DNA of 64,000 bases from NCBI GenBank assembly GCA_041160865.1, contig JBEAVQ010000003.1:5762-69761 (forward strand), read 5' to 3'. Made by a program: the position numbers and the translations under genes. The notes beneath the pieces are model-generated. The model saw only the letters and a program-made list of their open reading frames with translations. It was not told the origin of the DNA and ran no database searches. Origin of the DNA: Pseudomonadota bacterium. Its GTDB lineage: Bacteria > Pseudomonadota > Alphaproteobacteria > Caulobacterales > Aquidulcibacteraceae. Shown in pieces: positions 1-8,831 of the stretch (within the stretch, counting starts at the first letter, position 1; every line of letters starts with the position of its first letter).

Positions 1-414
1 GATTTCGCCCTCTGGAATCTGCCGCACAACGCGCAGTAAGCGATTCCGCACCGCGCCAAAGGGTGTCAATCGGGCGGACGCCTTCACTCTGAGCCGGTCT
101 GCCACCCCACCCGGATGGGGTTCAATCCACTCAATATGCTCCCAAGCCAGTCGCTCATACATGATCCTGCGATCAAACAGGCCTTGCTCATTCATCTCTA
201 CAAGGACAAAGCGGTTGCGGAATGTGGATAGAATAATCTCTTGAATGAGATTGAGCGCGCCAAAAGCCAGAGCCAGCAATTCATCCACATGTCGCCAAGG
301 CAGAAATTCACCCTGTGTTGCCATCGAAACTGCGATGTTCACAACCGCATAACCAATCGCCAGAACACCCAGTAGAATGCGCGGTGGACCAATTTTTGCC
401 TGAAATAGATTCAC
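1..414 (-). CDS. Hypothetical membrane protein, partial (runs off left edge)
   Basis: Manual translation from GTG at 414 (GGAG upstream): MNLFQAKIGPPRILLGVLAIGYAVVNIAVSM...LLALAFGALNLIQEIIL...; two hydrophobic segments, no stop before position 1; absent from the ORF track. Confidence 0.6.
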   Translation of the reverse strand, partial: MNLFQAKIGPPRILLGVLAIGYAVVNIAVSMATQGEFLPWRHVDELLALAFGALNLIQEIILSTFRNRFVLVEMNEQGLFDRRIMYERLAWEHIEWIEPHPGGVADRLRVKASARLTPFGAVRNRLLRVVRQIPEGEI

Positions 415-509
415 GCCTAACTCCAACTTCTGCCCCAATATATCCTAGGTTAGCATCGATCGTTTTGTCCGCTAGTTAGAATGGTCCTTCGAGCGAGGCC
501 AAAAACAGC

Positions 510-535
510 TTGACAAGTTATGTTGCAGCGCAGCA
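510..535 (+). promoter_or_regulatory. ccr promoter: -35 TTGACA (510-515) followed by PhaR-type box TGCAGCGCAGCA (524-535)
   Basis: Exact TTGACA; the 12-mer fits the recalled rhizobial PhaR consensus TGCRNYGCASMA. Confidence 0.5.
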
Positions 536-670
536 GAAGAGCTTGGCTGAGACAAGGTCTGATCGGGGCTTGAAGCGCATGTTTCTGCCTCTAAATCGGA
601 CTATCGAGAAACCAATTTCCAAAAAAGCGAAAAACCATCGCACCAAGCACGTTCAGCGGGAGAGTTCGGG

Positions 671-1966
671 ATGACGACAACAGATGTAGCGGCGCCGCCA
701 GTTTCGGGTGAGCCCTTGCTCGATCTCTATCCTGTCGGCAAAATTCCCCCTGCCTATCATGTGCCTAAAACCATGTGGGGCTGGGCGATTCGGAAAGAGC
801 GTCATGGCCGCCCGCTAAAGGCGATGCAGCTGGAAGTTCTGCCGACCCCTGAAATTGATAATGACGAAGTCCTCCTGTTGGTGATGGCGGCTGGCGTCAA
901 TTATAACGGTGTTTGGGCGGGGTTGGGTGAACCTGTCAGCGTTTTAGATGGCTATGACCAAGATTATGCTGTTGTCGGCTCTGATGCCGCCGGGATCGTT
1001 TGGGCCGTGGGCAAGAACGTTAAGCGCTGGAAGCCCGGCGATGAAGTTGTGGTCCATTGCAACCAAGATGATGGCGATGATGAAGAGTGCAATGGCGGCG
1101 ACCCCATGTTCTCAAACAGCCAGCGCATCTGGGGCTATGAGACACCAGACGGTGCCTTTGCCCAGTTTGCACGGGTTCAATCCCGCCAGCTGATGACCCG
1201 GCCTAAGCATCTGACGTGGGAGGAAAGCGCTTGCTACACCCTCACCTTGGCGACGGCTTACCGCATGTTGTTTGGCCACCGCCCCCATGTGCTCAAGCCC
1301 GGTCAGAACGTTTTGGTTTGGGGTGCTTCGGGTGGCCTCGGCGTGTTTGCGACGCAATTGTGCGCCGTGTCAGGTGCCAATGCGATTGGTGTGATCTCGG
1401 ACGAAAGCAAGCGCGACTATGTGCTGTCGATGGGGGCGAAGTCTGTCCTCAACCGCAAGGACTTCAATTGCTGGGGTCAATTACCACTCGTCAACGGGCC
1501 AGAATTCAACGACTATATGAAGGAATGCCGCAAGTTCGGCAAAGCCATCTGGAACGTCACCGACAAGCGCGACGTCGATATTGTGTTTGAGCATCCAGGC
1601 GAAAGCACCTTCCCAGTCTCCGTCTTTGTTACCAAGCGCGGCGGCATGGTCGTGATCTGTGCCGGCACAACGGGCTTTAATTTGACCATGGATGCCCGCT
1701 TCTTGTGGATGCGGCAAAAGCGCGTGCAAGGCAGCCACTTTGCCAATTTGCAACAGGCGAGTGCGGCCAACCAATTGGTGATTGAGCGCCGGATTGATCC
1801 ATGTATGTCGGAAGTGTTTGAGTGGGCAGATATCCCCCTTGCCCATGAAAAGATGCTCGATAATCTACATTTGCCGGGCAATATGGCAGTCTTGGTCTGT
1901 GCGCCGAAGCCTGGCTTGCGGACATTTGAAGATGTGCTGGAAGCCAGCGAATCCGTTCCTTGCTAA
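671..1966 (+). CDS. ccr: Crotonyl-CoA carboxylase/reductase (ethylmalonyl-CoA pathway)
   Basis: 431 aa MDR fold; VMAAGVNYNGVWA, WGYETPDGAFAQF, CYTLTLATAYRML, WGASGGLG, FEHPGESTF, WMRQKRVQGSHFAN. Confidence 0.95.
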   Translation: MTTTDVAAPPVSGEPLLDLYPVGKIPPAYHVPKTMWGWAIRKERHGRPLKAMQLEVLPTPEIDNDEVLLLVMAAGVNYNGVWAGLGEPVSVLDGYDQDYAVVGSDAAGIVWAVGKNVKRWKPGDEVVVHCNQDDGDDEECNGGDPMFSNSQRIWGYETPDGAFAQFARVQSRQLMTRPKHLTWEESACYTLTLATAYRMLFGHRPHVLKPGQNVLVWGASGGLGVFATQLCAVSGANAIGVISDESKRDYVLSMGAKSVLNRKDFNCWGQLPLVNGPEFNDYMKECRKFGKAIWNVTDKRDVDIVFEHPGESTFPVSVFVTKRGGMVVICAGTTGFNLTMDARFLWMRQKRVQGSHFANLQQASAANQLVIERRIDPCMSEVFEWADIPLAHEKMLDNLHLPGNMAVLVCAPKPGLRTFEDVLEASESVPC

Positions 1967-2011
1967 GTCTAACTTTGGTGAGGCTTGCCGAAAGCCAAAT
2001 GCAGGATACGA

Positions 2012-2039
2012 TCTCTCTCAAATAATGATTTGGGAGAGA
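2012..2039 (+). promoter_or_regulatory. Inverted repeat covering the Shine-Dalgarno of the TauD-family gene
   Basis: TCTCTCTCAAAT-aatg-ATTTGGGAGAGA (11/12 match, mismatch is G-U compatible); GGAG at 2033-2036, ATG at 2047. Confidence 0.45.
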
Positions 2040-2046
2040 CGTCACC

Positions 2047-2925
2047 ATGACTGTCCATGTGCCAGCGAGCCAGTTTACCCGATTTGAAGTCCGTCAATTG
2101 ACGCCCACGATTGGGGCGGAGTTACTGGGCATTGATCTGAGCCAAGACTTGGATGACGCCATGATTTCCGACATTCGTGCGGCCCTTCTTGCCCATAAAG
2201 TTGTGTTCTTTCGCGACCAAAATATTGACCGGGCCCAGCATTTGGCCTTTGCGCGTCGGTTTGGTCCCTTAGAGGTTCACCCAGCTACACCGCGCGATCA
2301 GCCAGACCCAGAAGTCCTTCGCATTGCACATGGCCCAAACTCGCGCGGGGTGGAGAATAATTGGCACTCCGATGTCACGTGGCGCGCAGAGCCTTCGCTG
2401 GGCTCAATCCTGCGTGCTATTGAATTGCCCGAGATCGGCGGCGACACGTTGTTCTCAGACATGTATGCAGCCTATGACGCGCTTAGCCCCGCCATGCAGG
2501 CATTCGTGTGCACGCTCGAGGCTGAGCATGATATCGCACGGGTTTTTGCCAAAAGACTCAATCAAGACATTGAGAAGCTTCACGAAAAATTCCCAGTCCA
2601 AACCCATCCGGTTGTGCGCACACATCCTGAGACGGGCAAGCGCGGCATTTATGTCAACACGGGCTTCACTTCTCGGATTCTTGGCCTGTCCAAGAAAGAG
2701 AGCGACTGGCTCCTCGAACATCTCTACAGCCTCGCCGCGGTGCCAGAGCGTGTTTGCCGCTTCCGCTGGGCTCCGGGCTCGCTGGCCTTTTGGGACAATC
2801 GCGCGTGCCAACATTATGCGGCATCAGATTACTTCCCAGCTGTGCGGATTATGGAGCGTGTTACCATTGCCGGCGATAAGCCCTATTTTGATCCGTCACG
2901 GGGATTGTCTGTTTGTGATGTTTAA
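2047..2925 (+). CDS. TauD/TfdA family Fe(II)/2-oxoglutarate dioxygenase (taurine or alkylsulfate type)
   Basis: WHSDVTW (HxD), GGDTLFSDMYAAYD, HPVVRTHPETG, WDNRACQHYA. Confidence 0.9.
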   Translation: MTVHVPASQFTRFEVRQLTPTIGAELLGIDLSQDLDDAMISDIRAALLAHKVVFFRDQNIDRAQHLAFARRFGPLEVHPATPRDQPDPEVLRIAHGPNSRGVENNWHSDVTWRAEPSLGSILRAIELPEIGGDTLFSDMYAAYDALSPAMQAFVCTLEAEHDIARVFAKRLNQDIEKLHEKFPVQTHPVVRTHPETGKRGIYVNTGFTSRILGLSKKESDWLLEHLYSLAAVPERVCRFRWAPGSLAFWDNRACQHYAASDYFPAVRIMERVTIAGDKPYFDPSRGLSVCDV

Positions 2926-2945
2926 GTATGGTTGGGCTGGTGAGA

Positions 2946-2975
2946 CAATTTGGTGGGTGGCCGCCCACCAAATTG
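2946..2975. terminator. Perfect 12-bp hairpin downstream of the dioxygenase
   Basis: CAATTTGGTGGG-tggccg-CCCACCAAATTG; no U-tract, so the terminator role is uncertain. Confidence 0.4.
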
Positions 2976-3100
2976 CCGACGTTGGTACGACCGTGCGGGG
3001 ATCGGGTTTTGAGGCCCGTTGTCATCAAGGTCTGCCAGCGTCACCAGCTTTGAACAGCTTGTTGACTTGATTGGGCTAGTTTTTGGCTAAGCCCGCAGAC

Positions 3101-3190
3101 AATCCCCGCCGAAGCGAAGCGCAGAGCGGGGGGCTCCGTGGGTCTTGCAGCATAAGGTCCCGGATCGGCTGACGCCGTCCTGGATGACAG
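3101..3190. repeat. Alphaproteobacterial palindromic intergenic repeat (REP/CIR-like, ...GGATGAC end)
   Basis: CCCCGCCGAAGCGAAGCGCAGAGCGGGG ... TCCCGGATCGGCTGACGCCGTCCTGGATGAC, between convergent genes. Confidence 0.6.
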
Positions 3191-3231
3191 TCTTGGGACT
3201 GAAGGGGTCTCTGCGCAAAGGCGCGCGGCCC

Positions 3232-4548
3232 TCACCGCGACGTAAGTTTCGCCGTCAAAGCCCCAAATGCTGCGTCATGGATCGCGGCGGTGAACAAGTT
3301 CGACAGCACGGGGTGACTTCCAAAGCGGACGATGACAATCTGGTTTGTGGGGTCGATATAGACACGCTGTCCCGCCACGCCGAACAGATTGAAGCTTTGA
3401 TTGGCATCATGACTGATCCAGAACTGGCTGCGATAAGACCAGTTAAGCCGCGCAGGGATGGGATTTGAGGCCCGGAAAGCGGCATTATCGCTGCCCGCCT
3501 TAATCCTCTTCACCACAGCGGCGGGAATAATCTGTTGACCGTTAAAGCGACCATCTTGGCGCAGCATCTCGCCCAAGCGGGCAAGGTCACGCGCTGTGAC
3601 ATTCAGGCCAGCCGCAGCGATTTCCTGCCCGGCAGGGTCAATCGCCCAAGTTGCGTCGTGCTCAACCCCCAAGCGCTTCCAAACCCGTTCAGAAACGAGG
3701 CTTGATAGGCTTTGCCCGCTGGCCCGCGCGATCACCCAGCCCAACGCGTCGGTTGCAGCAGAGCGGTAGCGGAATGGGCCACCGGAATCTGCAAAGCGGG
3801 TCTTCAGCGTCGGCAGCGCCTCATAAACGCCCTTTGGTGCCGGGATATTGGCAGGACCCCAGCCCCAAGCTAAGGCATAGCGGTGGATTTCCGCATTTGG
3901 ATTGGCGTAATTCTCGTCAAAGCTGACCCCGTCGCGCATATCCATAAGGTCGCGCACGGTCGCCGTTTCCCAAGCGGAGCCCGCAAGTTCGGGCACATAG
4001 CTGATAACTTTCGCAGTATCATCCAACTTACCATCATGGATCAGGAGCTCAGCCATGAGACCGACAAACGACTTGGTGACCGAGAACAACAGATGCTGGC
4101 TTTCGGGCGTCATGCCATTGGCATAGCGCTCATAAACGACTTGCCCTTTATGCAGCACCAACATGGCGTCAGTGTGGGTTTCGGCCTCAAATTGCCCCCA
4201 GCTGATTGTTTTGCCGTCCGGCGCGGTAAAGGTTAGCCCATCGAGTGACACGGGCTGGCTGGGCAATAGGCTGACAGGGCCACCGCGCGCCACGCCGCGG
4301 GTTGGAAACAACTCTCGCACATGCTGATAGCTCCATCCCGTATAAGGATAGGCGAGCGCATTTTCGCGCGTGACGCGCTTGTCCGACGGAGCTGGAAAGC
4401 CAACATTATAGCCAGACTTCGGCCAATCCAAACGAGGCTGCGGTGCTGGTGGCGTGCTTGGGGCTTGCGCGAATGCCTGAGCACTCATCAAGCAAACTGC
4501 TCCTAATATGGCGTATTTCCCGATCCGCATGTTCGTCTCTCCCATCAC
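3232..4548 (-). CDS. Secreted serine hydrolase, beta-lactamase class C / NylB-like
   Basis: Signal peptide (MRIGKYAILG...AFAQA), FSVTKS (SxxK), FRYRSAAT, GLNVTARDLARLG; start may be the third Met (4527). Confidence 0.85.
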   Translation of the reverse strand: MMGETNMRIGKYAILGAVCLMSAQAFAQAPSTPPAPQPRLDWPKSGYNVGFPAPSDKRVTRENALAYPYTGWSYQHVRELFPTRGVARGGPVSLLPSQPVSLDGLTFTAPDGKTISWGQFEAETHTDAMLVLHKGQVVYERYANGMTPESQHLLFSVTKSFVGLMAELLIHDGKLDDTAKVISYVPELAGSAWETATVRDLMDMRDGVSFDENYANPNAEIHRYALAWGWGPANIPAPKGVYEALPTLKTRFADSGGPFRYRSAATDALGWVIARASGQSLSSLVSERVWKRLGVEHDATWAIDPAGQEIAAAGLNVTARDLARLGEMLRQDGRFNGQQIIPAAVVKRIKAGSDNAAFRASNPIPARLNWSYRSQFWISHDANQSFNLFGVAGQRVYIDPTNQIVIVRFGSHPVLSNLFTAAIHDAAFGALTAKLTSR

Positions 4549-4734
4549 CTGCTTGATCTGTGTCGAGTCTAGGTAGGCTTTAGACTAATGGGTTACGGGC
4601 GAGGTGGCGAGCAGTGTTCGCACAGGACACAGAGTGCGCAAACAAGAGACTTCATCATTTATAAGGCAGATTTTGCTAATGCCCACAGGGGGCCCTCAAG
4701 TTTTACGGGACGTGTCCTTGGGAGATGGGCTAGC

Positions 4735-6321
4735 ATGACGTCGCTGAGCGTGCAAAATTCGAGACTAGCACAGATTGTAAGCCTCGCCTGCCTCTGGATT
4801 TTCAGCCTGATCCTAACACTCCAATTTCCCCCAACTTGGGATGTGGCGTGGCAGCACCACATAGCTAAAGAAGTTCTTCATGGGGGAGAGCTTTATCGCG
4901 ATGTGATCGACCTTAATCCACCCCTCTGGTTTTGGGCGGCGATCCCCAGTGTCTGGTTGGCAGAGATCACCCAGCAATCCTCCTTCGCGATTGCTTCCTT
5001 GTTTAATCTTTTGGGGCTTGCCATCGCACTGCCGTGTGTTTGGAGCCTTTTGCCACAGACTTGGACCCAGCTTGGCCGGACGATTTTTTGTGCGGGCCTT
5101 ATTCTCGCTATTGGCATCCTGCCCTTGGATGAGGCCGGCCAACGCGAACAGGCCTTTTCCTTGGCCTGTGTGGTTTGGGTTGCAATCTTTGCCGCGCGCC
5201 TAAAGGGGCAAAGAGTTTGGCTTGGTCTTGCCATTCTGGTTGGGTTGATTGCAGCCTATGGATTTGCGCTCAAACACTATTTTGTATTGGTGCCAATAAC
5301 ACTGGAGCTCTGGCTGGTCCTAAAGCAGCGTAAGGACTGGCGTCCTTTTAGGCCGGAGACTGTCACCCTCGCATTCAGCGCTATGGTCTATACCGTAGCC
5401 GTCTTGGCGCTTGTTCCGCATTACTTGACCGAAATCGTCCCCCTAACAACAGCGAGCTACCAAGGCCTCCGGGATTTTGGCGATCAACCCATGCTTGTCG
5501 CGATCTCGAAGATTATTGGGCTCTGTAGCATTGCATTCATCCCATTTATCTTGGTTATCTTGAACCGAAAGGTAGGCCCCTTTGAGCCGATTACCTTGGG
5601 TTTATGTTGGGTTGCTGTCGTGTGCGTTTTCAACGTTTGCATTCAAGCAAAAGGTTGGGGCTATCATTATATGCCTATCAAGGCAGTCATTATGCTCGCA
5701 GCCTTAGCCCTTGTCTTGCACAAGCCAAGCGCGCAGTCTGAGGGCGGTGTTCGCTTCAGCCGACTGGTGGCCGGTACTTTGATCTTGGGAAATGTGGTTA
5801 TCCCAGGGCTCAAGACTTGGGCATTTGTGCATGAAAACGCACCGTTCCCAGAGGGCAGCCCAACTCGTATTGTTCAGCAGATGCTGGAAAAGAGTCCCCG
5901 CGACAGCACAGTTGCGGTCCTGTCGTCGGACCCGGGCAATGCCTTCTACCGTCCATTTAAGCAGGGAAAGGCCATTTATTCTCGCTATTTCTCTTTGTGG
6001 ATGCTGCCCCAATTGCACGCCGACAAGAGCGTGAATGGGCAAGCGATTCTGCAGGATGTTCGGACGAAGATCACAGAGGATTTGATGTGTAGCCTTCCAG
6101 ACATGATTCTCAATGAAACCACGGCTGGCTACAATTCAGACTTGTGGTCGGCCCAGTTTATCGTGACTGACCCAATGGCCATCTTGAAACTCCACGCCGC
6201 CTTCGGAAACTGGCTGGATCAGAATTACAAAGAAGGCCCACAACCGGGGAAATCAATCCGGGCTTGGTTCCGGACAGACAGCGCTACACCCACAAAGCCC
6301 AAAACGTGCCGAAAAGCCTAA
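4735..6321 (+). CDS. Multi-pass membrane protein, GT-C glycosyltransferase-like
   Basis: About 10-11 hydrophobic segments; loop WDVAWQ...LYRDVIDLNPPLW; ALKHYF; QAKGWGYHYMP; soluble C-terminus; ATG 4735 has GGAG upstream (ORF track starts at 4588). Confidence 0.55.
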   Translation: MTSLSVQNSRLAQIVSLACLWIFSLILTLQFPPTWDVAWQHHIAKEVLHGGELYRDVIDLNPPLWFWAAIPSVWLAEITQQSSFAIASLFNLLGLAIALPCVWSLLPQTWTQLGRTIFCAGLILAIGILPLDEAGQREQAFSLACVVWVAIFAARLKGQRVWLGLAILVGLIAAYGFALKHYFVLVPITLELWLVLKQRKDWRPFRPETVTLAFSAMVYTVAVLALVPHYLTEIVPLTTASYQGLRDFGDQPMLVAISKIIGLCSIAFIPFILVILNRKVGPFEPITLGLCWVAVVCVFNVCIQAKGWGYHYMPIKAVIMLAALALVLHKPSAQSEGGVRFSRLVAGTLILGNVVIPGLKTWAFVHENAPFPEGSPTRIVQQMLEKSPRDSTVAVLSSDPGNAFYRPFKQGKAIYSRYFSLWMLPQLHADKSVNGQAILQDVRTKITEDLMCSLPDMILNETTAGYNSDLWSAQFIVTDPMAILKLHAAFGNWLDQNYKEGPQPGKSIRAWFRTDSATPTKPKTCRKA

Positions 6322-7064
6322 AGCTTGGCGGCAAACACTTTTGCAACATCGCCTTCGGTCATCACGCGCAAGCTGCCCGCGTCGAGGTCTTCTGGTAAGG
6401 TCAACGCCCCAATCTGATCGCGATGAAGTGCGGTGACATGGTTGCCGATAGCAGCAAACATGCGCCTAACCTGATGATAACGGCCCTCATTCAGCGTCAA
6501 AATAGCCGACCGCTCCCCCGTCACTTCTAACTCCGCGGGCAACAAGGGCTTGGTCTCACCATCCAGCATAAGGCCGCCAGCAGTAAAGGTGGCCACTTCA
6601 GAGCCATCCAGCGGCCGATCAAGCGTGACGACATATCGCTTGGGCACATGGTGTTTTGGCGAAATGATTTTGTGCAAGAGGTCGCCATCATCGGTCATCA
6701 GAATGAGGCCGGAAGTCTCCTTATCCAGCCGCCCGACCGTCGATAAAGCAGGATCGCGCGCGCGCCACCGGTCGGGTAGCAAGTCATAGATGAGCGTGCC
6801 CGCCTCTTTGCGCGAACAGGTTACGCCCAAAGGCTTATGCACCATGATGACCATGCCGGGTAAAGGGTCGAGTTTCTTGCCTCGGATGAGCAGGCGGGCC
6901 GGCAAATCAGCTTCAAGACGGACGCGCGCCGCCTCATCGCGCACGATCTCACCATCGAGGGTAATCCAGCCCGCCTTCGTCATCAGGCCAATGTCGCGCC
7001 TCGACCCATAGCCCATATTGGCTAAGAGTCGGTCGAGGCGGGCAGTTGGAACCGGACGGCTCAT
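6318..7064 (-). CDS. rsuA: 16S rRNA pseudouridine synthase RsuA family
   Basis: S4 domain RLDRLLANMGYGSRR; VGRLDKETSGL; LNEGRYHQVRRMF. Confidence 0.88.
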   Translation of the reverse strand: MSRPVPTARLDRLLANMGYGSRRDIGLMTKAGWITLDGEIVRDEAARVRLEADLPARLLIRGKKLDPLPGMVIMVHKPLGVTCSRKEAGTLIYDLLPDRWRARDPALSTVGRLDKETSGLILMTDDGDLLHKIISPKHHVPKRYVVTLDRPLDGSEVATFTAGGLMLDGETKPLLPAELEVTGERSAILTLNEGRYHQVRRMFAAIGNHVTALHRDQIGALTLPEDLDAGSLRVMTEGDVAKVFAAKL

Positions 7065-7969
7065 CGGATCGCCTGATAAACTTTAAAGCCTTGCGCCTCA
7101 GATTTCAGCGTGAGGCTGGCGAAGCGGGCCTTCAAAATCGCTTCATAGGGCAAATGGCGGTTCGCGGTCAGCCAGAGGGAGCCACCGGGGCGGAGCGCTT
7201 CTGCAGACCGCACAATCATCGCCATACCCAGCGCTTGATCCTCAATCCCCGCGCGGTGAAACGGTGGGTTCATGACGATGGCGTCAAAGGTCTGCCCCGA
7301 TGTGCCTGTGGCAACCAAATCGACCCAGACGCTCGAGAATCTTGGATCTTGAATTGTCTCATGCGCGGCAGCTATCGCCCTTCGATCAAGCTCAAACCCT
7401 GTTACCGAGGTGACTTTTAAGCTCTGTAGGACCAGTTGCGACAACACCCCTGCCCCACAACCGAAATCAGCCACTTTTCCCGACAAATGCGGCAAGACGT
7501 CCATCAAGGCTTTGGAGCCAGCATCCACACGGTCCCAACTAAACATCCCCGGCTGTCCCCAAAAGCCTAAGTCTGGCAGGGGACGCAATGCGCCTTCCGC
7601 CAGTGCTGCTTTAATGCCAAGTAGAGCCTCTGGGCGGGGGCCTTGGCAAATGCGGTGATGGCGTTTGGGTTGGTCTGAGACCATAACACCAAAACCCATC
7701 AAGTCTTTGGCGAGACGTGTGCCGCCCTTATCTTTTGGGGCCAATACCGTCAAAGGTGCGCCTGGCGCTAAAGCACGCAGGGCAAGCGCGATTTCATGGC
7801 GGCGCTCAATCGTATTGGAAGGTGCCCGCATCACGAGGCCCGCATAGGAGCCTTCTTTCAACGAATCCAATGTAACCGCGCCCGGATGCAGCGGGGAAAC
7901 CTGCACTCCGTTGTTGGGCACGCCGACTAAGCCAGCTGGAATATCGCCATAGATCAAACTTCTGCTCAT
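7061..7969 (-). CDS. Class I SAM methyltransferase, RsmC/MTS-like
   Basis: PGMFSWDRVDAGS, DFGCGAGVL, IVMNPPFH, LWLTANRHLPYE. Confidence 0.85.
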   Translation of the reverse strand: MSRSLIYGDIPAGLVGVPNNGVQVSPLHPGAVTLDSLKEGSYAGLVMRAPSNTIERRHEIALALRALAPGAPLTVLAPKDKGGTRLAKDLMGFGVMVSDQPKRHHRICQGPRPEALLGIKAALAEGALRPLPDLGFWGQPGMFSWDRVDAGSKALMDVLPHLSGKVADFGCGAGVLSQLVLQSLKVTSVTGFELDRRAIAAAHETIQDPRFSSVWVDLVATGTSGQTFDAIVMNPPFHRAGIEDQALGMAMIVRSAEALRPGGSLWLTANRHLPYEAILKARFASLTLKSEAQGFKVYQAIR

Positions 7970-8036
7970 AAGCCTGATCTGAGCCAGATTGCGCTCAGAT
8001 ACAAGTTCGGCTGGGCAGAGAAGTACGAAAGCGCGT

Positions 8037-8055
8037 TTTGATCCGAAGGATCAAA
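8037..8055 (-). terminator. Hairpin downstream of fliE
   Basis: TTTGATCC-gaa-GGATCAAA, 15-33 bp past the fliE stop. Confidence 0.4.
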
Positions 8056-8069
8056 GTTGCGCGTGACTG

Positions 8070-8378
8070 TTAAATCGGCATCCGCATGATTTCCTGATAG
8101 GCTTGGATCGCCTGATCACGGAAGGCCAACATGGTTTCCATCTGTACTTCGGCAGCGGCGACGGCCGTGACGACGTCGATCATTTCAGCCTTACCAGTCA
8201 CAGCTTGAGCAGCTTGGGTTTCTGCAGCCTTTGTAGCTTCGACCGTGGACGAAACTTGTTGTGCCAACATGGACGAAAAATTGAAGTTGGTATCGGCAAT
8301 CACTGGCCCCGTGCTGGGGGCAGCGCCACCGGCGGCGGCACCATAGGCCTTGGCTGCTAAAAGGGCGGCTGAATTCAT
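8070..8378 (-). CDS. fliE: Flagellar hook-basal body protein FliE
   Basis: DVVTAVAAAEVQMETMLAFRDQAIQAYQEIMRMPI; downstream of flgC. Confidence 0.93.
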   Translation of the reverse strand: MNSAALLAAKAYGAAAGGAAPSTGPVIADTNFNFSSMLAQQVSSTVEATKAAETQAAQAVTGKAEMIDVVTAVAAAEVQMETMLAFRDQAIQAYQEIMRMPI

Positions 8379-8406
8379 GACTCAGGTTTCTCCTGAAAAT
8401 AAGCGC

Positions 8407-8820
8407 TTAGCGGCGCAACAAATCTAGCGTGCGAGACATCATGGCCCGCGCGCTTTCCACGACATTTAGGTTAGCTTCATAGGCACGCTGGGCCTCGCGC
8501 ATATCGAGGCTTTCGATCAGCGTGTTGACGTTTGGCAGCTTCACATAGCCCTCGGGATTGGCACCAGGGTGTGTCGGGTCATAGCGCAAGCGGAAATCCG
8601 AAGTATCCTTCTGGACCTTGGTCATTTTTACTTCTGTTGTGCCATGCTCGCGGTTCAGAACTTGGCCAAATACGCTGACTTTGCGCTGATAGGGGTCGGC
8701 ACCGGGATTGGGTGCGGTGGAATTGGCGTTGGCGATATTTTCCGCAATCACCTTCATCCGCGCAGTTTGAGCGCGAAGACCGGAGGCAGCAACATTGAGC
8801 GCAGCATTCATATCTGACAT
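8407..8820 (-). CDS. flgC: Flagellar basal-body rod protein FlgC
   Basis: ASGLRAQTARMKVIAENIANA, YDPTHPGA, GYVKLPNVN. Confidence 0.96.
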   Translation of the reverse strand: MSDMNAALNVAASGLRAQTARMKVIAENIANANSTAPNPGADPYQRKVSVFGQVLNREHGTTEVKMTKVQKDTSDFRLRYDPTHPGANPEGYVKLPNVNTLIESLDMREAQRAYEANLNVVESARAMMSRTLDLLRR

Positions 8821-8831
8821 GGCTTATCTTC

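Noticed and set aside
2324-3070. 248-aa alternative-frame ORF overlapping the TauD-family gene
   Set aside because: Cys/Arg/Ser-rich off-frame composition, no RBS or family motif
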